Positions 1 through 13,900 of a stretch of 64,000 nucleotides of DNA are shown in pieces. Origin of the DNA: Eledone cirrhosa (Eukaryota). Numbering within the stretch: position 1 is the stretch's first letter; each line of letters opens with the position of its first letter. The notes beneath the pieces were generated by a model. That model worked only from the letters and a program-made list of their open reading frames with translations. It did not search any database and had not been told where the DNA came from. Both the position numbers and the translations under genes were made by a program. The stretch spans positions 186,496,001 to 186,560,000 of the forward strand of contig OZ024742.1 in the NCBI GenBank assembly GCA_964016885.1, in the 5' to 3' direction.

Positions 1-198
1 CTGCTTCGCTGGTAAGTTTTTTGTTAATTTTGGATGCAAAAAAAACCGAAATTTTTGTTGAACAAATATATTATTTCGTAGATTAACTTCCCGGCTGAAT
101 TGTCAGCTGGTGGGTAATCTCATTTTTCGCTTCATAGGGGCGGAAATTTTATTTGAAAAAGTTTTGAAAAAAAAAGAAAAATTATTCTGCTATCAACA

Positions 199-578
199 AT
201 GGCAAACGAAGAAGGAACGCTAGTCTCCGCTAAAGCTAATGGAGAGAGAAAGGCAACAGTTAACGTTTCCAAGACGTCTGCCGGCATAGGCGTCACTATG
301 GTTACAAATGTGACAACATAGTTTTTTTTCGCCAAGAAGGCGAAACAAGAGACTCACAAAATGGACCACACAGCACAGAACACACAACAAAAACCACAGA
401 TAATGAGACAATTTCCACAACCATAAACCAAAAAAGTGACAACCACAACAACAACAACAACAATACCAAAAAAAATATCTTTCGCTGAGACAGTAACAAA
501 ACAAGATTTTAGAAATCTCAATATCTCTAATGCTAGCGAGATGCTGAGTGAAGGAAAAAGATCTGTGACTTTCGAAGT

Positions 579-653
<75 letters not shown>

Positions 654-2085
654 AAAATAAACTCACTCCCTGAAACCCGCTTTGAAACGCTCTGAAGGTC
701 TGTTACCTTCAGAACTGTTGCAAATGCTACAAGGAAGCCGGCATTCCTCAGTCAAGGGAAATAGAAACTGTATTGAAGGAGGCTTTGCCGGACATAGATT
801 TCATGCAGAGGGCCAGAGAGTATAGAAGCATTTCGGTGCTCCTCAAAAGCGAAGCCCTCGCACAAAAATATTCTGCGACTCCGGTCACATCTGCCAAATA
901 TACCTTTTTCCCTACTTACTTGGGAAAAAGAACTCAGAAGATAAAAATCTCCAATATACCACCAAATATCAATATTTGGTGGATTTGGGGAGGATTTTTA
1001 GAGGAGGGAGAGGACACCATCCTCTCCATCAAAAAATCAACCAGACACACGTGGTCTGGTACAAATTTGGAAGTTTTGGTACAAATGAGGCTGGAGAGAA
1101 TCTCCAAGATTCCGGAGAGGGTACTAGTGGACAATAACAGCCACATCAACATTTCTACTGAAAGGTGGAGGCCGGACTGTTTTCAATGTTCCAGCACATC
1201 GCATTTAAAGGCCTCCTGCCCTTTACAGACACACTTCAAAAAGCAAGAAAAAAAAGTACTCTTACCAACACCAATACCAAAACCACCACCACCACCACAA
1301 CAACAACAACACCACACAAAACAAGCAAACACACAAAAGCAAACAACCACTCAACCACAAACAACAGAAAAAACACAGACAACTCCCCTGAAGAACAGAG
1401 TCCCACCCCATCCCACTCCATCCAACACGACCACAAACACACACACACGAAACACTATCACCACACAACATACCACTCCCGCACGCCTCTGATGACGATT
1501 CACCATCAGACGAAGCTACTTCTCCAGCCCCAAGCGAGGATGAAGGAGAGCCTCGGAAATCAAAAAAACAAAACAAAAAATAAGAAACACCGCAAAGCCA
1601 CAAAAACACCAATCACCAACACAAACACACAACCACCGACACAAACACAACACAAACAACACCACAATCAAACCTCCCCCTACCAGCAAAACAAACACCA
1701 ACACCACCCCAAACACAAACACCCACCATAAAAAGAAAACTCCGAGATGAACAACAAACAAAAACAACACAACAAAAACACACACAACAGTACGCATACA
1801 TCAAAACCAACAACAAAAACCTGATGGAGATCATCTCCAAAAAACCCAAAGTGGAGACCGAGGGGAAACCTTTTGTGAAATCAGGATCAGCACCACACCT
1901 GAAATTGATAAGAGTTCCAATAGAAACTTAACAAACTGAAAAACGAATTTTCGCAGGACGTCGGAAATCCCTGCCAAAAACCCATAAACCTCGTCCTATT
2001 AAAATGTTTCCCCACCCCATCCAACACCCCTACCAGCACCCAAATTGAGATTGAACAACCCGATCTCCAGGAAACGAAAAGGTAA
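199..2085 (+). pseudogene. LINE ORF1 (gag-like, zinc knuckle), disrupted
   Basis: ATG at 199 (MANEEG...), with fragments 436-660 and 773-1492. The latter contains CFQCSSTSHLKASC = CX2CX4HX4C (about 1178-1219). An A/C-rich low-complexity C-terminal half follows, and the last fragment ends ...DLQETKR* at 2083-2085, 42 nt before the ORF2 ATG. Start and end are inferred. Confidence 0.7.
582..651. repeat. (GT)35 microsatellite inside LINE ORF1
   Basis: Perfect GT dinucleotide run. Confidence 0.98.
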
Positions 2086-2127
2086 GTGCATATTTTCGTC
2101 CTTTTTCGCCAACTCTTCTCCACCAAC

Positions 2128-4390
2128 ATGGCTAATCTACGAGTTGGAAGTGTGAATGTGCGTGGCCTAGGGATGCTCTGGAAACAGAGCCAACTTTTAA
2201 ACGACCTTAGGTCACATGGTATGGATGTGATAGCCATCACCGAGTCCAGGATCCACAACAAGCAGCAACTAACCCCCATCTTTAATGACTTTGAGATCTA
2301 CGCATCTCTTTGTCAGCCAGGAGGTGCAGGTGGAATGGCTGTTATGTTTCGGAAAAACCTGGACCTCAGCAAACACACTTGGACCCGGAGGGTAGACTGG
2401 TAGTCCTAGACGTGAACAGTGTTGGAGGTGGGGGGCTTCAGACTGGTGGCCATTTATGCCCCGACTGGGACATCGTGGCCAGACTTCTTCAAGCGTCTAT
2501 AGTCTTTTCTGGGAAGTCTCACTCCTTGCTTTTAGTGGGGGAATAGAATGGTATCCTACACACACGTTGAGTCTCTGTAGGAATATGTCCCAGTAGAGGG
2601 GGGTGGGGGTGGGGAAGGGGGGTGCAACAACCTCAAAACTTTAATCGGCCAATTCCAACTGGCCGATAGGTATCGACTAGATTTCCAGACTGCACCACAG
2701 TGGACGTGGACAAATCATAGCGGGACATCTAGATCGTATTTAGATAGGTTCTTTATTAGAGAGAGAGACAGGAAAATGTTAAGCTGTCCACAAATGTACA
2801 TGGTTGCCTATTCAGACCACAAACTAGTCACCTGCATAGTCAACCATGATAGAACGCATAGACAAGGACCCGGATACTGGAAGCTGAACATGTCGTTACC
2901 GACGCGTAAACCCTACAGTAGACGGATAAGTAGTTTAGTTAAGCAACAGTTGATGGGAGCCATCGTCAACAATAGGTGGTGGTACTCTCTCAAGAGAGCA
3001 ATTAGAGTAGAATCCATGGCTTTTAGCAAAGAACTAGCCTTAGAGAAAAACAAAACAGAAAGAGAACTATTAGCCAAGGTAGAGGAGGCGCTTAGGAGTG
3101 ACAACGCAGCTAGAGTGCTAGCAACGAGAACGGCACTAGACCAGTTCTTCGATGCGAAACACGAAGGATGCGTGGTCAGGAGTAGATCACGCGCTCTAGG
3201 AAACAAAGGAGCAAAAGTTGTTAGCTGGGCCCGAGTGGCAGAGGCAAAAAGTAGCAACAAGTCCACGATTCGGTCTTTGAAAGACCAAAACGGGCGCGTG
3301 CTACTTGACTCCAAGCAGATGTGCACGGTCTTTCAGCGGCACTTTGCGCAACTGTTCGAGCAGAACAGTGCGCCGAACGAGGCAATGGACTTCGGTTCAT
3401 ACCTCGACGGCCTGCCGCATCTCTCGAGCATGGACGCTGAGTTCTGCGAAAGACCGATCACAGCCACTGAGATACGAGACGCACTGGGGCGCTGCGGAAA
3501 ACGCAAATCACCCGGTGTAGATGGTCTACCCTATGAATTTTACATAGACATGCCGGACTTGTTCTCTGGCGTCCTCGAAGCCGTCTACTGCAACTGGCAG
3601 CAGAACGGGAGAATTCGCAGTTCTGCAGGCAGGGGCGTAGTAACGCTTATCAGGAAAGACGAGAACAAGGGGGACGAAATAAGCATCTTTAGGCCCATAA
3701 CTCTACTCAACACAGAGTTAAAGATTTTGGATAAGGTTTTAGCAACGACGCAGGCGCTTGTCGTCGAGAACCTGGTCGGAAAAGCTCAAACGTGTGCAAT
3801 TCCAACCATGTCCATACACGACAACCTCCATCAATTTAGATCAGTCTAAGGCGTTCGATGGAAGCGGTTCTCAAGACGGCCGGTTTTGGACCCGTCTTCA
3901 GAGGCTGCATCACAGCCATGCATACCAACATCTGCTCGACAGTCAAGGTGAACGGCTACCTATCGGAGCCGTTTCCAATCACGCGTTCTATCCGACACGG
4001 ATGCCCTCTCTCCTCTATTCTGTACGTATTGACTATAGAGCCACTACTGCGGAAGTTGGAGCTGTTGCAGGGCATCCCGTTGGTACCGGGACTGCGAAAA
4101 GCGGCATCGGCTAATGCCGAGGACGTGACAGTAATAATGTCGAAAACCTCGGAAATCGGGGCGATCGGCAACTTATTGCAGGAATACGAAAGGCTCAAGG
4201 GAGCAAAACTCAGCCCGGACAAATCTTTCGGTTTGCAACTCGGAACGTGGAGAGGCAAACCGATGCTGTCTGACAGCGTCGTCGGATGCTGGACGGAAGG
4301 ACCGGTGAAATTGATCGGGTTCTGGTGCAGTCCAGACCTCCAGGTCGAGAAAAACTGGAATGAGGTCACGGCCAAGGTATTTGCGTTCAC
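2128..4390 (+). pseudogene. LINE ORF2: apurinic/apyrimidinic endonuclease + reverse transcriptase, disrupted
   Basis: Motifs in order: MANLRVGSVNVRGL, DVIAITES, LVAIYAP, WTW..SRSYLDRF, SDHKLV, GPGYWKLN, KSPGVDGLPYEFY, RPITLLNTELKIL, LDQSKAFD, IRHGCPLS, a degenerate YADD (NAED), GAKLSPDKS. There are frameshifts and apparent short deletions around 3830-3860. The C-terminal region is missing. Confidence 0.92.
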
Positions 4391-4544
4391 TAGTCTCGTC
4401 TACCGGTAGTTTCGTGGTTGATTTATGTGGTTGATTTGTACGGACTAGGGAGAGGAAATCCTGTATATAGTTCGAAGCCTCGTGGATAGATCCAGGATCG
4501 GTTATATCCACAGAAAAAGAACGAAACTACGGTAGTCGAGACTA
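4391..4544. mobile_element. Putative MITE-like element with about 24-bp terminal inverted repeats, bounded by TA
   Basis: 4391-4415 TAGTCTCGTCTACCGGTAGTTTCGT matches the reverse complement of 4521-4544 (TAGTCTCGACTACCGTAGTTTCGT) with 1 mismatch and 1 indel. The outermost bases are TA on both sides. It sits exactly where LINE homology stops. Confidence 0.55.
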
Positions 4545-4815
4545 AGGGCATTTTGGTAAAGTTTATATGCATTTTTTCTTCTAACTTCTATTTTAGACTT
4601 AACTCCGTGTAGTTGATTATTTGTATAGTCAATTTCTACGGGTTAAAAGGAATGACTAGATAAATTTTATCTGGCTGTCCCTCGCGGAAGATAGTCTGTA
4701 TCATTTTCTATTATTTCTTCATAGTTACAATTTAAACTTATAGCCTCGTTAAAATGATTATTTATGTGGTTGATTTCTACGGACTAAGAAGAGGAACGAC
4801 TGTATACATTTTATC
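4416..4815 (+). repeat. Three diverged copies of a 55-60-bp motif
   Basis: GATTTATGTGGTTGATTTGTACGGACTAGG..AGAGGAA..CTGTATA (about 4420-4468), GATTATTTGTATAGTCAATTTCTACGGGTTAAAAGGAATGACT (about 4615-4657) and GATTATTTATGTGGTTGATTTCTACGGACTAAGAAGAGGAACGACTGTATA (about 4756-4806). Confidence 0.6.
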
Positions 4816-4920
4816 TAATAATTCTTCGAATTTGCAATTTTATATATAGCTCTGATTAATAATTATTTGCTTACTTAATTCTTCATTGAGCCATACCGTG
4901 AAAGGTAGCCACATATATAT

Positions 4921-7900
4921 GTTTGAGAATGTGGGGAGGGAGAGACAGTGTATGTACGAGACTGTTTGAGAATGGGGGGAGGGAGAGACAGTGTATGTGT
5001 GAGACTGTTTGAGAATAGGGGAGGGAGAGTCAGTGTATCTATGAGACTGTTTGAGAATGGGGCGAGGGAGAGACAGTGTATGTATGAGACTGTTTGAGAA
5101 TGGGGGGAGGGAGAGACAGTGTATGTATGAGACTGTTTGAGAATGGGGGAGGGAGAGACAGTGTATGTGTGAGACTGTTTGAGAATGGGGGAAGCGAGAG
5201 ACAGTGTATGTGTGAGACTGTTTGAGAATGGGGGGAGGGAGAGACAGTGTATCTATGAGACTGTTTGAGAATGGAGGGAGGGAGAGACAGTGTATGTATG
5301 AGACTGTTTGAGAAGGGGGGGAGGGAGAGACAGTGTATGTATGAGACTGTTGGAGAATGGGGTGAGGGAGAGACAGTGTATGTATGAGATTGTTTGAGAA
5401 TGGGGGAGGGAGAGACAATATATCTGTGAGAATGTTTGAGAATGGGGGAGGGAGAGACAGTGTATGTGTGAGATTGTTTGAGAATGGGGGGAAGGGAGAG
5501 ACAATATATCTGTGAGACTGTTTGAGAATGGGGGGAGGGAGAGACAGTGTATGTGTGAGACTGTTTGAGAATGGGGGGAGGGAGAGACAGTGTATGTATG
5601 AGACTGTTTGAGAATGGGGCGAGGGAGAGACAGTGTATGTGTGAGACTGTTTGCAAATGGAGGGAGGGAGAGACAGTGAATGTATGAGACTGTTTGAGAA
5701 TGGGGCGAGGGAGAGACAGTGTATGTATGAGACTGTTTAAGAATGTGGGGAGGGAGAGACAGTGTATGTGTGAGACTGTTTAAGAATGGGGGGAGGGAGA
5801 GACAGTGAATGTATGAGACTGTTTGAGAATGGGGGGAGGGAGAGACAGTGAATGTATGAGACTGTTTGAGAATGGGGGGAGGGAGAGACAGTGTATGTAT
5901 GAGACTGTTTAAGAATGTGGGGAAGGAGAGACAGTGTATGTGTGAGACTGTTTAAGAATGGGGGGAGGGAGAGACAGTGAATGTATGAGACTGTTTGAGA
6001 ATGGGGGGAGGGAGAGACAGTGAATGTATGAGACTGTTTGAGAATGGGGGGAGGGAGAGACAGTGTATGTGTGAGACTGTTTGAGAATGGGGGGAGGGAG
6101 AGACAATATATCTGTGAGACTGTTTGAGAATGGGGCGAGGGAGAGACAGCGTATGTATGAGATTGTTTGGGAATGGAGGAGGGAAAGACAGTGTATGTAT
6201 GAGACTGTTTGAGAATGGGGGAGAGAGAGACAGTGTATGTATGAGACTGTTTGGGAATGGGGGGAGGGAGAGACAGTGTATGTATGAGACTGTTTAAGAA
6301 TGGGGAGAGGGAGAGACAGTGTATGTATGAGACTGTTTGAGAATGGGGGGAGGGAGAGACAATGTATCTGTGAGACTGTTTGAGAATGGGGGTAGGGAGA
6401 GACAGTGTATGTGTGAGACTGTTTGAGAATGGGGGTGGGAGAGGCAGTGTATGTGTGAGACTGTTTGAGAATGGGGGGAGGGAGAGACAGTGTATGTATG
6501 AGACTGTTTGGGAATGGAGGGAGGGAGAGACAGTGTATGTATGAGATTGTTTGGGAATGGAGGGAGGGAGAGACAGCGTATGTATGAGACTGTTTAAGAA
6601 TGGGGGGAGGGAGAGACAGTGTATGTATGAGAGTGTTTGAGAATGGGGGGAGGGAGAGACAGTGTATGTATGAGACTGTTTGGGAATGGAGGGAGGGAGA
6701 GACAGTGTATGTATGAGAGTGTTTGAGAATGGGGGGAGGGAGAGACAGTGTATGTATGAGACTGTTTGGGAATGGAGGGAGGGAGAGACAGTGTATGTAT
6801 GAGATTGTTTGGTAATGGAGGGAGGGGAAGACAGTGTATGTATGAGACTGTTTGAGAATGGGGGAGGGAGAGACAGTGTATGTATGAGACTGTTTGGGAA
6901 TGGAGGGAGGGAGAGACAGTGTATGTATGAGACTGTTTGAGAATGGGGGACAGAGAGACAGTGTATGTATGAGACTGTTTGAGAATGGGGGGAGGGAGAG
7001 ACAGTGTATGTGTGAGACTGTTTGAGAATGGGGGAGGGAGAGGCAGTGTATGTATGAGACTGTTTGAGAATGGGGGGAGGGAGAGACAGTGTATGTGTGA
7101 GACTGTTTGAGAATGGGAGGAGGGAGAGACAGTGTATGTATGAGACTGTTTGAGAATGGGGCGAGGGAGAGACAGTGTATGTATGAGATTGTTTGGGAAT
7201 GGAGGGAGGGAGAGACAGCGTATGTATGAGATTGTTTGGGAATACGGGGAGGGAGAGACAGTGTATGTATGAGACTGTTTAAGAATGGGGGAGGGAGAGA
7301 CAGTGTATGTATGAGAGTGTTTGAGAATGGGGGGAGGGAGAGACAGTGTATGTATGAGACTGTTTGGGAATGGAGGGAGGGAGAGACAGTGTATGTATGA
7401 GATTGTTTGGTAATGGAGGGAGGGGAAGACAGTGTATGTATGAGACTGTTTGAGAATGGGGGAGGGAGAGACAGTGTATGTATGAGACTGTTTGAGAATG
7501 GGGCGAGGGAGAGACAGCGTATGTATGGGATTGTTTGGGAATGTGGGGAGGGAGAGACAGTGTATGTATGAGACTGTTTAAGAATAGGGGGAGGGAGAGA
7601 CAGTGTATGTATGAGACTGTTTGAGAATGGGGGGAGGGAGAGACAGTGTATGTATGAGAGTGTTTGAGAATGGGGGGAGGGAGAGACAGTGTATGTACGA
7701 GACTGTTTTGGAATGGAGGGAGGGAGAGACAGTGTATGTATAAGATTGTTTGGGAATGGATGGAGGGAGAGACAGTGTATGAGTGAGAATGTTTGAGAAT
7801 GGGGGGAGGGAGAGACAGTGTATGTGTGAGAGTGTTTGAGAATGGGGGGAGGGAGAGACAGTGTATGTATGAGAGTGTTTGGGAATGGAGGGAGGGAGAG

Positions 7901-10900
7901 ACAGCGTATGTATGAGATTGTTTGGGAATGGAGGGAGGGAGAGACAGTGTATGTATGAGACTGTTTGAGAATGGGGCGAGGGAGAGACAGTGTATGTATG
8001 AGACTGTTTGAGAATGGGGGAGGGAGAGACAGTGTATGTGTGAGACTGTTTGAAAATGGGGGGAGGGAGAGACAGTGTATGTGTGAGAAGGTTTGAGAAT
8101 GGGGGGAGGGAGAGACAATGTATGTATGAGACTGTGTGAGAATGTGAGAGGGAGAAACAGTGTATGTATGAGACTGTTTGGGAATGGAGGGAGGGAGAGA
8201 CAGTGTATGTATGAGAGTGTTTGAGAATGGGGGGAGGGAGAGACAGTGTATGTATGAGACTGTTTGGGAATGGAGGGAGGGAGAGACAGTGTATGTATGA
8301 GATTGTTTGGTAATGGAGGGAGGGGAAGACAGTGTATGTATGAGACTGTTTGAGAATGGGGGAGGGAGAGACAGTGTATGTATGAGACTGTTTGGGAATG
8401 GAGGGAGGGAGAGACAGTGTATGTATGAGACTGTTTGAGAATGGGGGACAGAGAGACAGTGTATGTATGAGACTGTTTGAGAATGGGGGGAGGGAGAGAC
8501 AGTGTATGTGTGAGACTGTTTGAGAATGGGGGAGGGAGAGGCAGTGTATGTATGAGACTGTTTGAGAATGGGGGGAGGGAGAGACAGTGTATGTGTGAGA
8601 CTGTTTGAGAATGGGAGGAGGGAGAGACAGTGTATGTATGAGACTGTTTGAGAATGGGGCGAGGGAGAGACAGTGTATGTATGAGATTGTTTGGGAATGG
8701 AGGGAGGGAGAGACAGCGTATGTATGAGATTGTTTGGGAATACGGGGAGGGAGAGACAGTGTATGTATGAGACTGTTTAAGAATGGGGGAGGGAGAGACA
8801 GTGTATGTATGAGAGTGTTTGAGAATGGGGGGAGGGAGAGACAGTGTATGTATGAGACTGTTTGGGAATGGAGGGAGGGAGAGACAGTGTATGTATGAGA
8901 TTGTTTGGTAATGGAGGGAGGGGAAGACAGTGTATGTATGAGACTGTTTGAGAATGGGGGAGGGAGAGACAGTGTATGTATGAGACTGTTTGAGAATGGG
9001 GCGAGGGAGAGACAGCGTATGTATGAGATTGTTTGGGAATGTGGGGAGGGAGAGACAGTGTATGTATGAGACTGTTTAAGAATAGGGGGAGGGAGAGACA
9101 GTGTATGTATGAGACTGTTTGAGAATGGGGGGAGGGAGAGACAGTGTATGTATGAGAGTGTTTGAGAATGGGGGGAGGGAGAGACAGTGTATGTACGAGA
9201 CTGTTTTGGAATGGAGGGAGGGAGAGACAGTGTATGTATAAGATTGTTTGGGAATGGATGGAGGGAGAGACAGTGTATGAGTGAGAATGTTTGAGAATGG
9301 GGGGAGGGAGAGACAGTGTATGTGTGAGAGTGTTTGAGAATGGGGGGAGGGAGAGACAGTGTATGTATGAGAGTGTTTGGGAATGGAGGGAGGGAGAGAC
9401 AGCGTATGTATGAGATTGTTTGGGAATGGAGGGAGGGAGAGACAGTGTATGTATGAGGCTGTTTGAGAATGGGGCGAGGGAGAGACAGTGTATGTATGAG
9501 ACTGTTTGAGAATGGGGGAGGGAGAGACAGTGTATGTGTGAGACTGTTTGAAAATGGGGGGAGGGAGAGACAGTGTATGTGTGAGAAGGTTTGAGAATGG
9601 GGGGAGGGAGAGACAATGTATGTATGAGACTGTGTGAGAATGTGAGAGGGAGAAACAGTGTATGTATGAGACTGTTTAAGAATGGAGGGAGGGAGAGACA
9701 GTGTATGTATGAGATTGTTTGGGAATGGAGGGAGGGAGAGACAGCGTATGTATGAGACTGTTTAAGAATGGGGGGAGGGAGAGACAGTGTATGTATGAGA
9801 CTGTTTGAGAATGGGGGGGAGGGAGAGACAGTGTATGTATGAGAGTGTTTGAGAATGGGGGGAGGGAGAGACAGTGTATGTATGAGACTGTTTGGGAATG
9901 GAGGGAGGGAGAGACAGTGTATGTATGAGATTGTTTGGTAATGGAGGGAGGGGAAGACAGTGTATGTATGAGACTGTTTGAGAATGGGGGAGGGAGAGGC
10001 AGTGTATGTGTGAGACTGTTAGAGAATGGGGGGAGGGAGAGACAGTGTATGGACGAGACTGTTTGAGAATGGGGGGAGGGAGAGACAGTGTATGTGTGAG
10101 ACTGTTTGAGAATGGGGGGAGGGAGAGACAGTGTATCTATGAGACTGTTTGAGAATGGGGCGAGGGAGAGACAGTGTATGTATGAGAGTGTTTGAGAATG
10201 GGGGGAGGGAGAAACAGTGTATGTGTGAGACTGTTTGAGAATGGGGGGTGAGGGAGAGACAGTATTTGTGTGAGACTGTTTTAGAATGAGTGGAGGGAGA
10301 GACAGAGTATGTGTGAGACTGTTTGAGAATGGGGGGAGGGAGAGACACTGTATGTGTGAGACTGTTTGAAAATTGTTGGTAGGGAGAGACAGTGTATGTA
10401 TGAGACTGTTTGAGAATGGGGGAGGGAGAAACAGTGTGTGTGAGACTGTTTGAGAATGGGGGGAGCGAGAGACAGTGTATGTGTGAGACTGTTGGAGAAT
10501 GGGGGAGGGAGAGACAGTGTATTTGTGAGATTGTTTGAGAATGGGGTGAGGGAGAGACAGTGTATGTATGAGACTGTTTGAGAATGGGTGGAGGGAGAGA
10601 CAGTGTATGTATAAGGCTGTTTGAGAATGGGGGGAGGAGAGACAGTGTATGTATGAGACTGTTTGAGAATAAGGGGAGGGAGAGACAGTGTATGTATGAG
10701 ACTGTTGGAGAATGGGGAGTGACAGACAGTGTATGTGTGAGACTGTTTTAGAATGTGGGAAGGGAGAGACAGTGTATGTATGAGACTGTTTGAGAATGGG
10801 GGGAGGGAGAGACAGTGTATGTATGAGACTGTTTGAGAATGGGGGGAGGGAGAGACAGTGTATGGACGAGACTGTTTGAGAATGGGGGAGGGAGAGAAAG

Positions 10901-13900
10901 TGAATGTATGAAACTGTTTGAGAATGGTGGGAGGGAGAGACAGTGTATGTGTGAGACTGTTCGAGAATGAGGGGAGGGAGAGACAATGTATGTATGAGAC
11001 TGTTTGAGAATGGGGGGAGGGAGAGACAGTTTATGTGTGTGACTGTATGAGAATGGGGGGAGGGAGGGTCAGTGTATGTGTGAGACTGTTTGAGAATGGG
11101 GGGAGGGAGAAACAGTGTATGTGTGACACTGTTTGAGAATGGGGGGGGAGAGACAATGTAAGTGTGAGACTGTTTGAGAATGGGGGAGGGAGAGACAGTG
11201 TATGTATGAGACTGTTTGAGAATGGAGGGAGGGAGAGACAGTGTATGAACGAGACTGTTTGAGAATGGGGGGAGGGAGAGACAGTGTATGTGTGAGACTG
11301 TTTGAGAATGGGGGGAGGGAGAGACAGTGTATCTATGAGACTGTTTGAGAATGGGTGGAGGGAGAGACAGTGTATGTATAAGGCTGTTTGAGAATGGGGG
11401 GAGGAGAGACAGTGTATGTATGAGACTGTTTGAGAATAAGGGGAGGGAGAGACAGTGTATGTATGAGACTGTTGAAGAATGGGGAGTGACAGACAGTGTA
11501 TGTGTGAGACTGTTTTAGAATGTGGGAAGGGAGAGACAGTGTATGTATGAGACTGTTTGAGAATGGGGGGAGGGAGAGACAGTGTATGTATGAGACTGTT
11601 TGAGAATGGGGGGAGGGAGAGACAGTGTATGGACGAGACTGTTTGAGAATGGGGGAGGGAGAGAAAGTGAATGTATGAAACTGTTTGAGAATGGTGGGAG
11701 GGAGAGACAGTGTATGTGTGAGACTGTTCGAGAATGAGGGGAGGGAGAGACAATGTATGTATGAGACTGTTTGAGAATGGGGGGAGGGAGAGACAGTTTA
11801 TGTGTGTGACTGTATGAGAATGGGGGGAGGGAGGGTCAGTGTATGTGTGAGACTGTTTGAGAATGGGGGGAGGGATAAACAGTGTATGTGTGACACTGTT
11901 TGAGAATGGGGGGGGGAGAGACAATGTAAGTGTGAGACTGTTTGAGAATGGGGGAGGGAGAGACAGTGTATGTATGAGACTGTTTGAGAATGGAGGGAGG
12001 GAGAGACAATGTATGTATGAGACTGTTTGAGAATGGGGGGAGGGAGAGACAGTGTATGGACGAGACTGTTTGAGAATGGGGGGAGGGAGAGACAGTGTAT
12101 GTGTGAGATTGTTTGGGAATGGAGGGAGGGAGAGACAGCGTATGTATGAGACTGTTTAAGAATGGGGGGAGGGAGAGACAGTGTATGTATGAGACTGTTT
12201 GAGAATGGGGGGGAGGGAGAGACAGTGTATGTATGAGAGTGTTTGAGAATGGGGGGAGGGAGAGACAGTGTATGTATGAGACTGTTTGGGAATGGAGGGA
12301 GGGAGAGACAGTGTATGTATGAGATTGTTTGGTAATGGAGGGAGGGGAAGACAGTGTATGTATGAGACTGTTTGAGAATGGGGGAGGGAGAGGCAGTGTA
12401 TGTGTGAGACTGTTAGAGAATGGGGGGAGGGAGAGACAGTGTATGGACGAGACTGTTTGAGAATGGGGGGAGGGAGAGACAGTGTATGTGTGAGACTGTT
12501 TGAGAATGGGGGGAGGGAGAGACAGTGTATCTATGAGACTGTTTGAGAATGGGGCGAGGGAGAGACAGTGTATGTATGAGAGTGTTTGAGAATGGGGGGA
12601 GGGAGAAACAGTGTATGTGTGAGACTGTTTGAGAATGGGGGGTGAGGGAGAGACAGTATTTGTGTGAGACTGTTTTAGAATGAGTGGAGGGAGAGACAGA
12701 GTATGTGTGAGACTGTTTGAGAATGGGGGGAGGGAGAGACACTGTATGTGTGAGACTGTTTGAAAATTGTTGGTAGGGAGAGACAGTGTATGTATGAGAC
12801 TGTTTGAGAATGGGGGAGGGAGAAACAGTGTGTGTGAGACTGTTTGAGAATGGGGGGAGCGAGAGACAGTGTATGTGTGAGACTGTTGGAGAATGGGGGA
12901 GGGAGAGACAGTGTATTTGTGAGATTGTTTGAGAATGGGGTGAGGGAGAGACAGTGTATGTATGAGACTGTTTGAGAATGGGTGGAGGGAGAGACAGTGT
13001 ATGTATAAGGCTGTTTGAGAATGGGGGGAGGAGAGACAGTGTATGTATGAGACTGTTTGAGAATAAGGGGAGGGAGAGACAGTGTATGTATGAGACTGTT
13101 GGAGAATGGGGAGTGACAGACAGTGTATGTGTGAGACTGTTTTAGAATGTGGGAAGGGAGAGACAGTGTATGTATGAGACTGTTTGAGAATGGGGGGAGG
13201 GAGAGACAGTGTATGTATGAGACTGTTTGAGAATGGGGGGAGGGAGAGACAGTGTATGGACGAGACTGTTTGAGAATGGGGGAGGGAGAGAAAGTGAATG
13301 TATGAAACTGTTTGAGAATGGTGGGAGGGAGAGACAGTGTATGTGTGACACTGTTCGAGAATGAGGGGAGGGAGAGACAATGTATGTATGAGACTGTTTG
13401 AGAATGGGGGGAGGGAGAGACAGTTTATGTGTGTGACTGTATGAGAATGGGGGGAGGGAGGGTCAGTGTATGTGTGAGACTGTTTGAGAATGGGGGGAGG
13501 GAGAAACAGTGTATGTGTGACACTGTTTGAGAATGGGGGGGGAGAGACAATGTAGGTGTGAGACTGTTTGAGAATGGGGGAGGGAGAGACAGTGTATGTA
13601 TGAGACTGTTTGAGAATGGAGGGAGGGAGAGACAATGTATGTATGAGACTGTTTGAGAATGGGGGGAGGGAGAGACAGTGTATGGACGAGACTGTTTGAG
13701 AATGGGGGGAGGGAGAGACAGTGTATGTGTGAGACTGTTTGAGAATGGGGGGAGGGAGAGACAGTGTATCTATGAGACTGTTTGAGAATGGGTGGAGGGA
13801 GAGACAGTGTATGTATAAGGCTGTTTGAGAATGGGGGGAGGAGAGACAGTGTATGTATGAGACTGTTTGAGAATAAGGGGAAGGAGAGACAGTGTATGTA

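Larger units (their letters stand above)
1..4390 (+). mobile_element. Degenerate non-LTR retrotransposon, L1/Tx1 group (ORF1 + APE-RT ORF2), 3'-truncated
   Basis: An ORF1-like region with a CCHC knuckle is followed by ORF2 with APE motifs (NVRGL, YAP, YLDRF, SDH), the GPGYWKLN motif typical of L1/Tx1 ORF2s, and RT motifs. There are multiple stops and frameshifts. The 5' boundary cannot be determined and may lie outside the window. Confidence 0.9.

Noticed and set aside
1165-1849. Overlapping T/Q/H/K-rich and V/C/L-rich ORFs
   Set aside because: These are alternative-frame and antisense readings of the A/C-rich low-complexity part of LINE ORF1.
2078-2087. Splice-donor-like AAG/GTAAGT before ORF2 (also CTG/GTAAGT at 9-17)
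   Set aside because: It overlaps the inferred ORF1 stop, and no matching acceptor or exon structure can be supported from sequence alone.
4943-4951. GACAGTG in each monomer resembling the V(D)J RSS heptamer CACAGTG
   Set aside because: The essential first C is absent, and there is no nonamer at 12- or 23-bp spacing.
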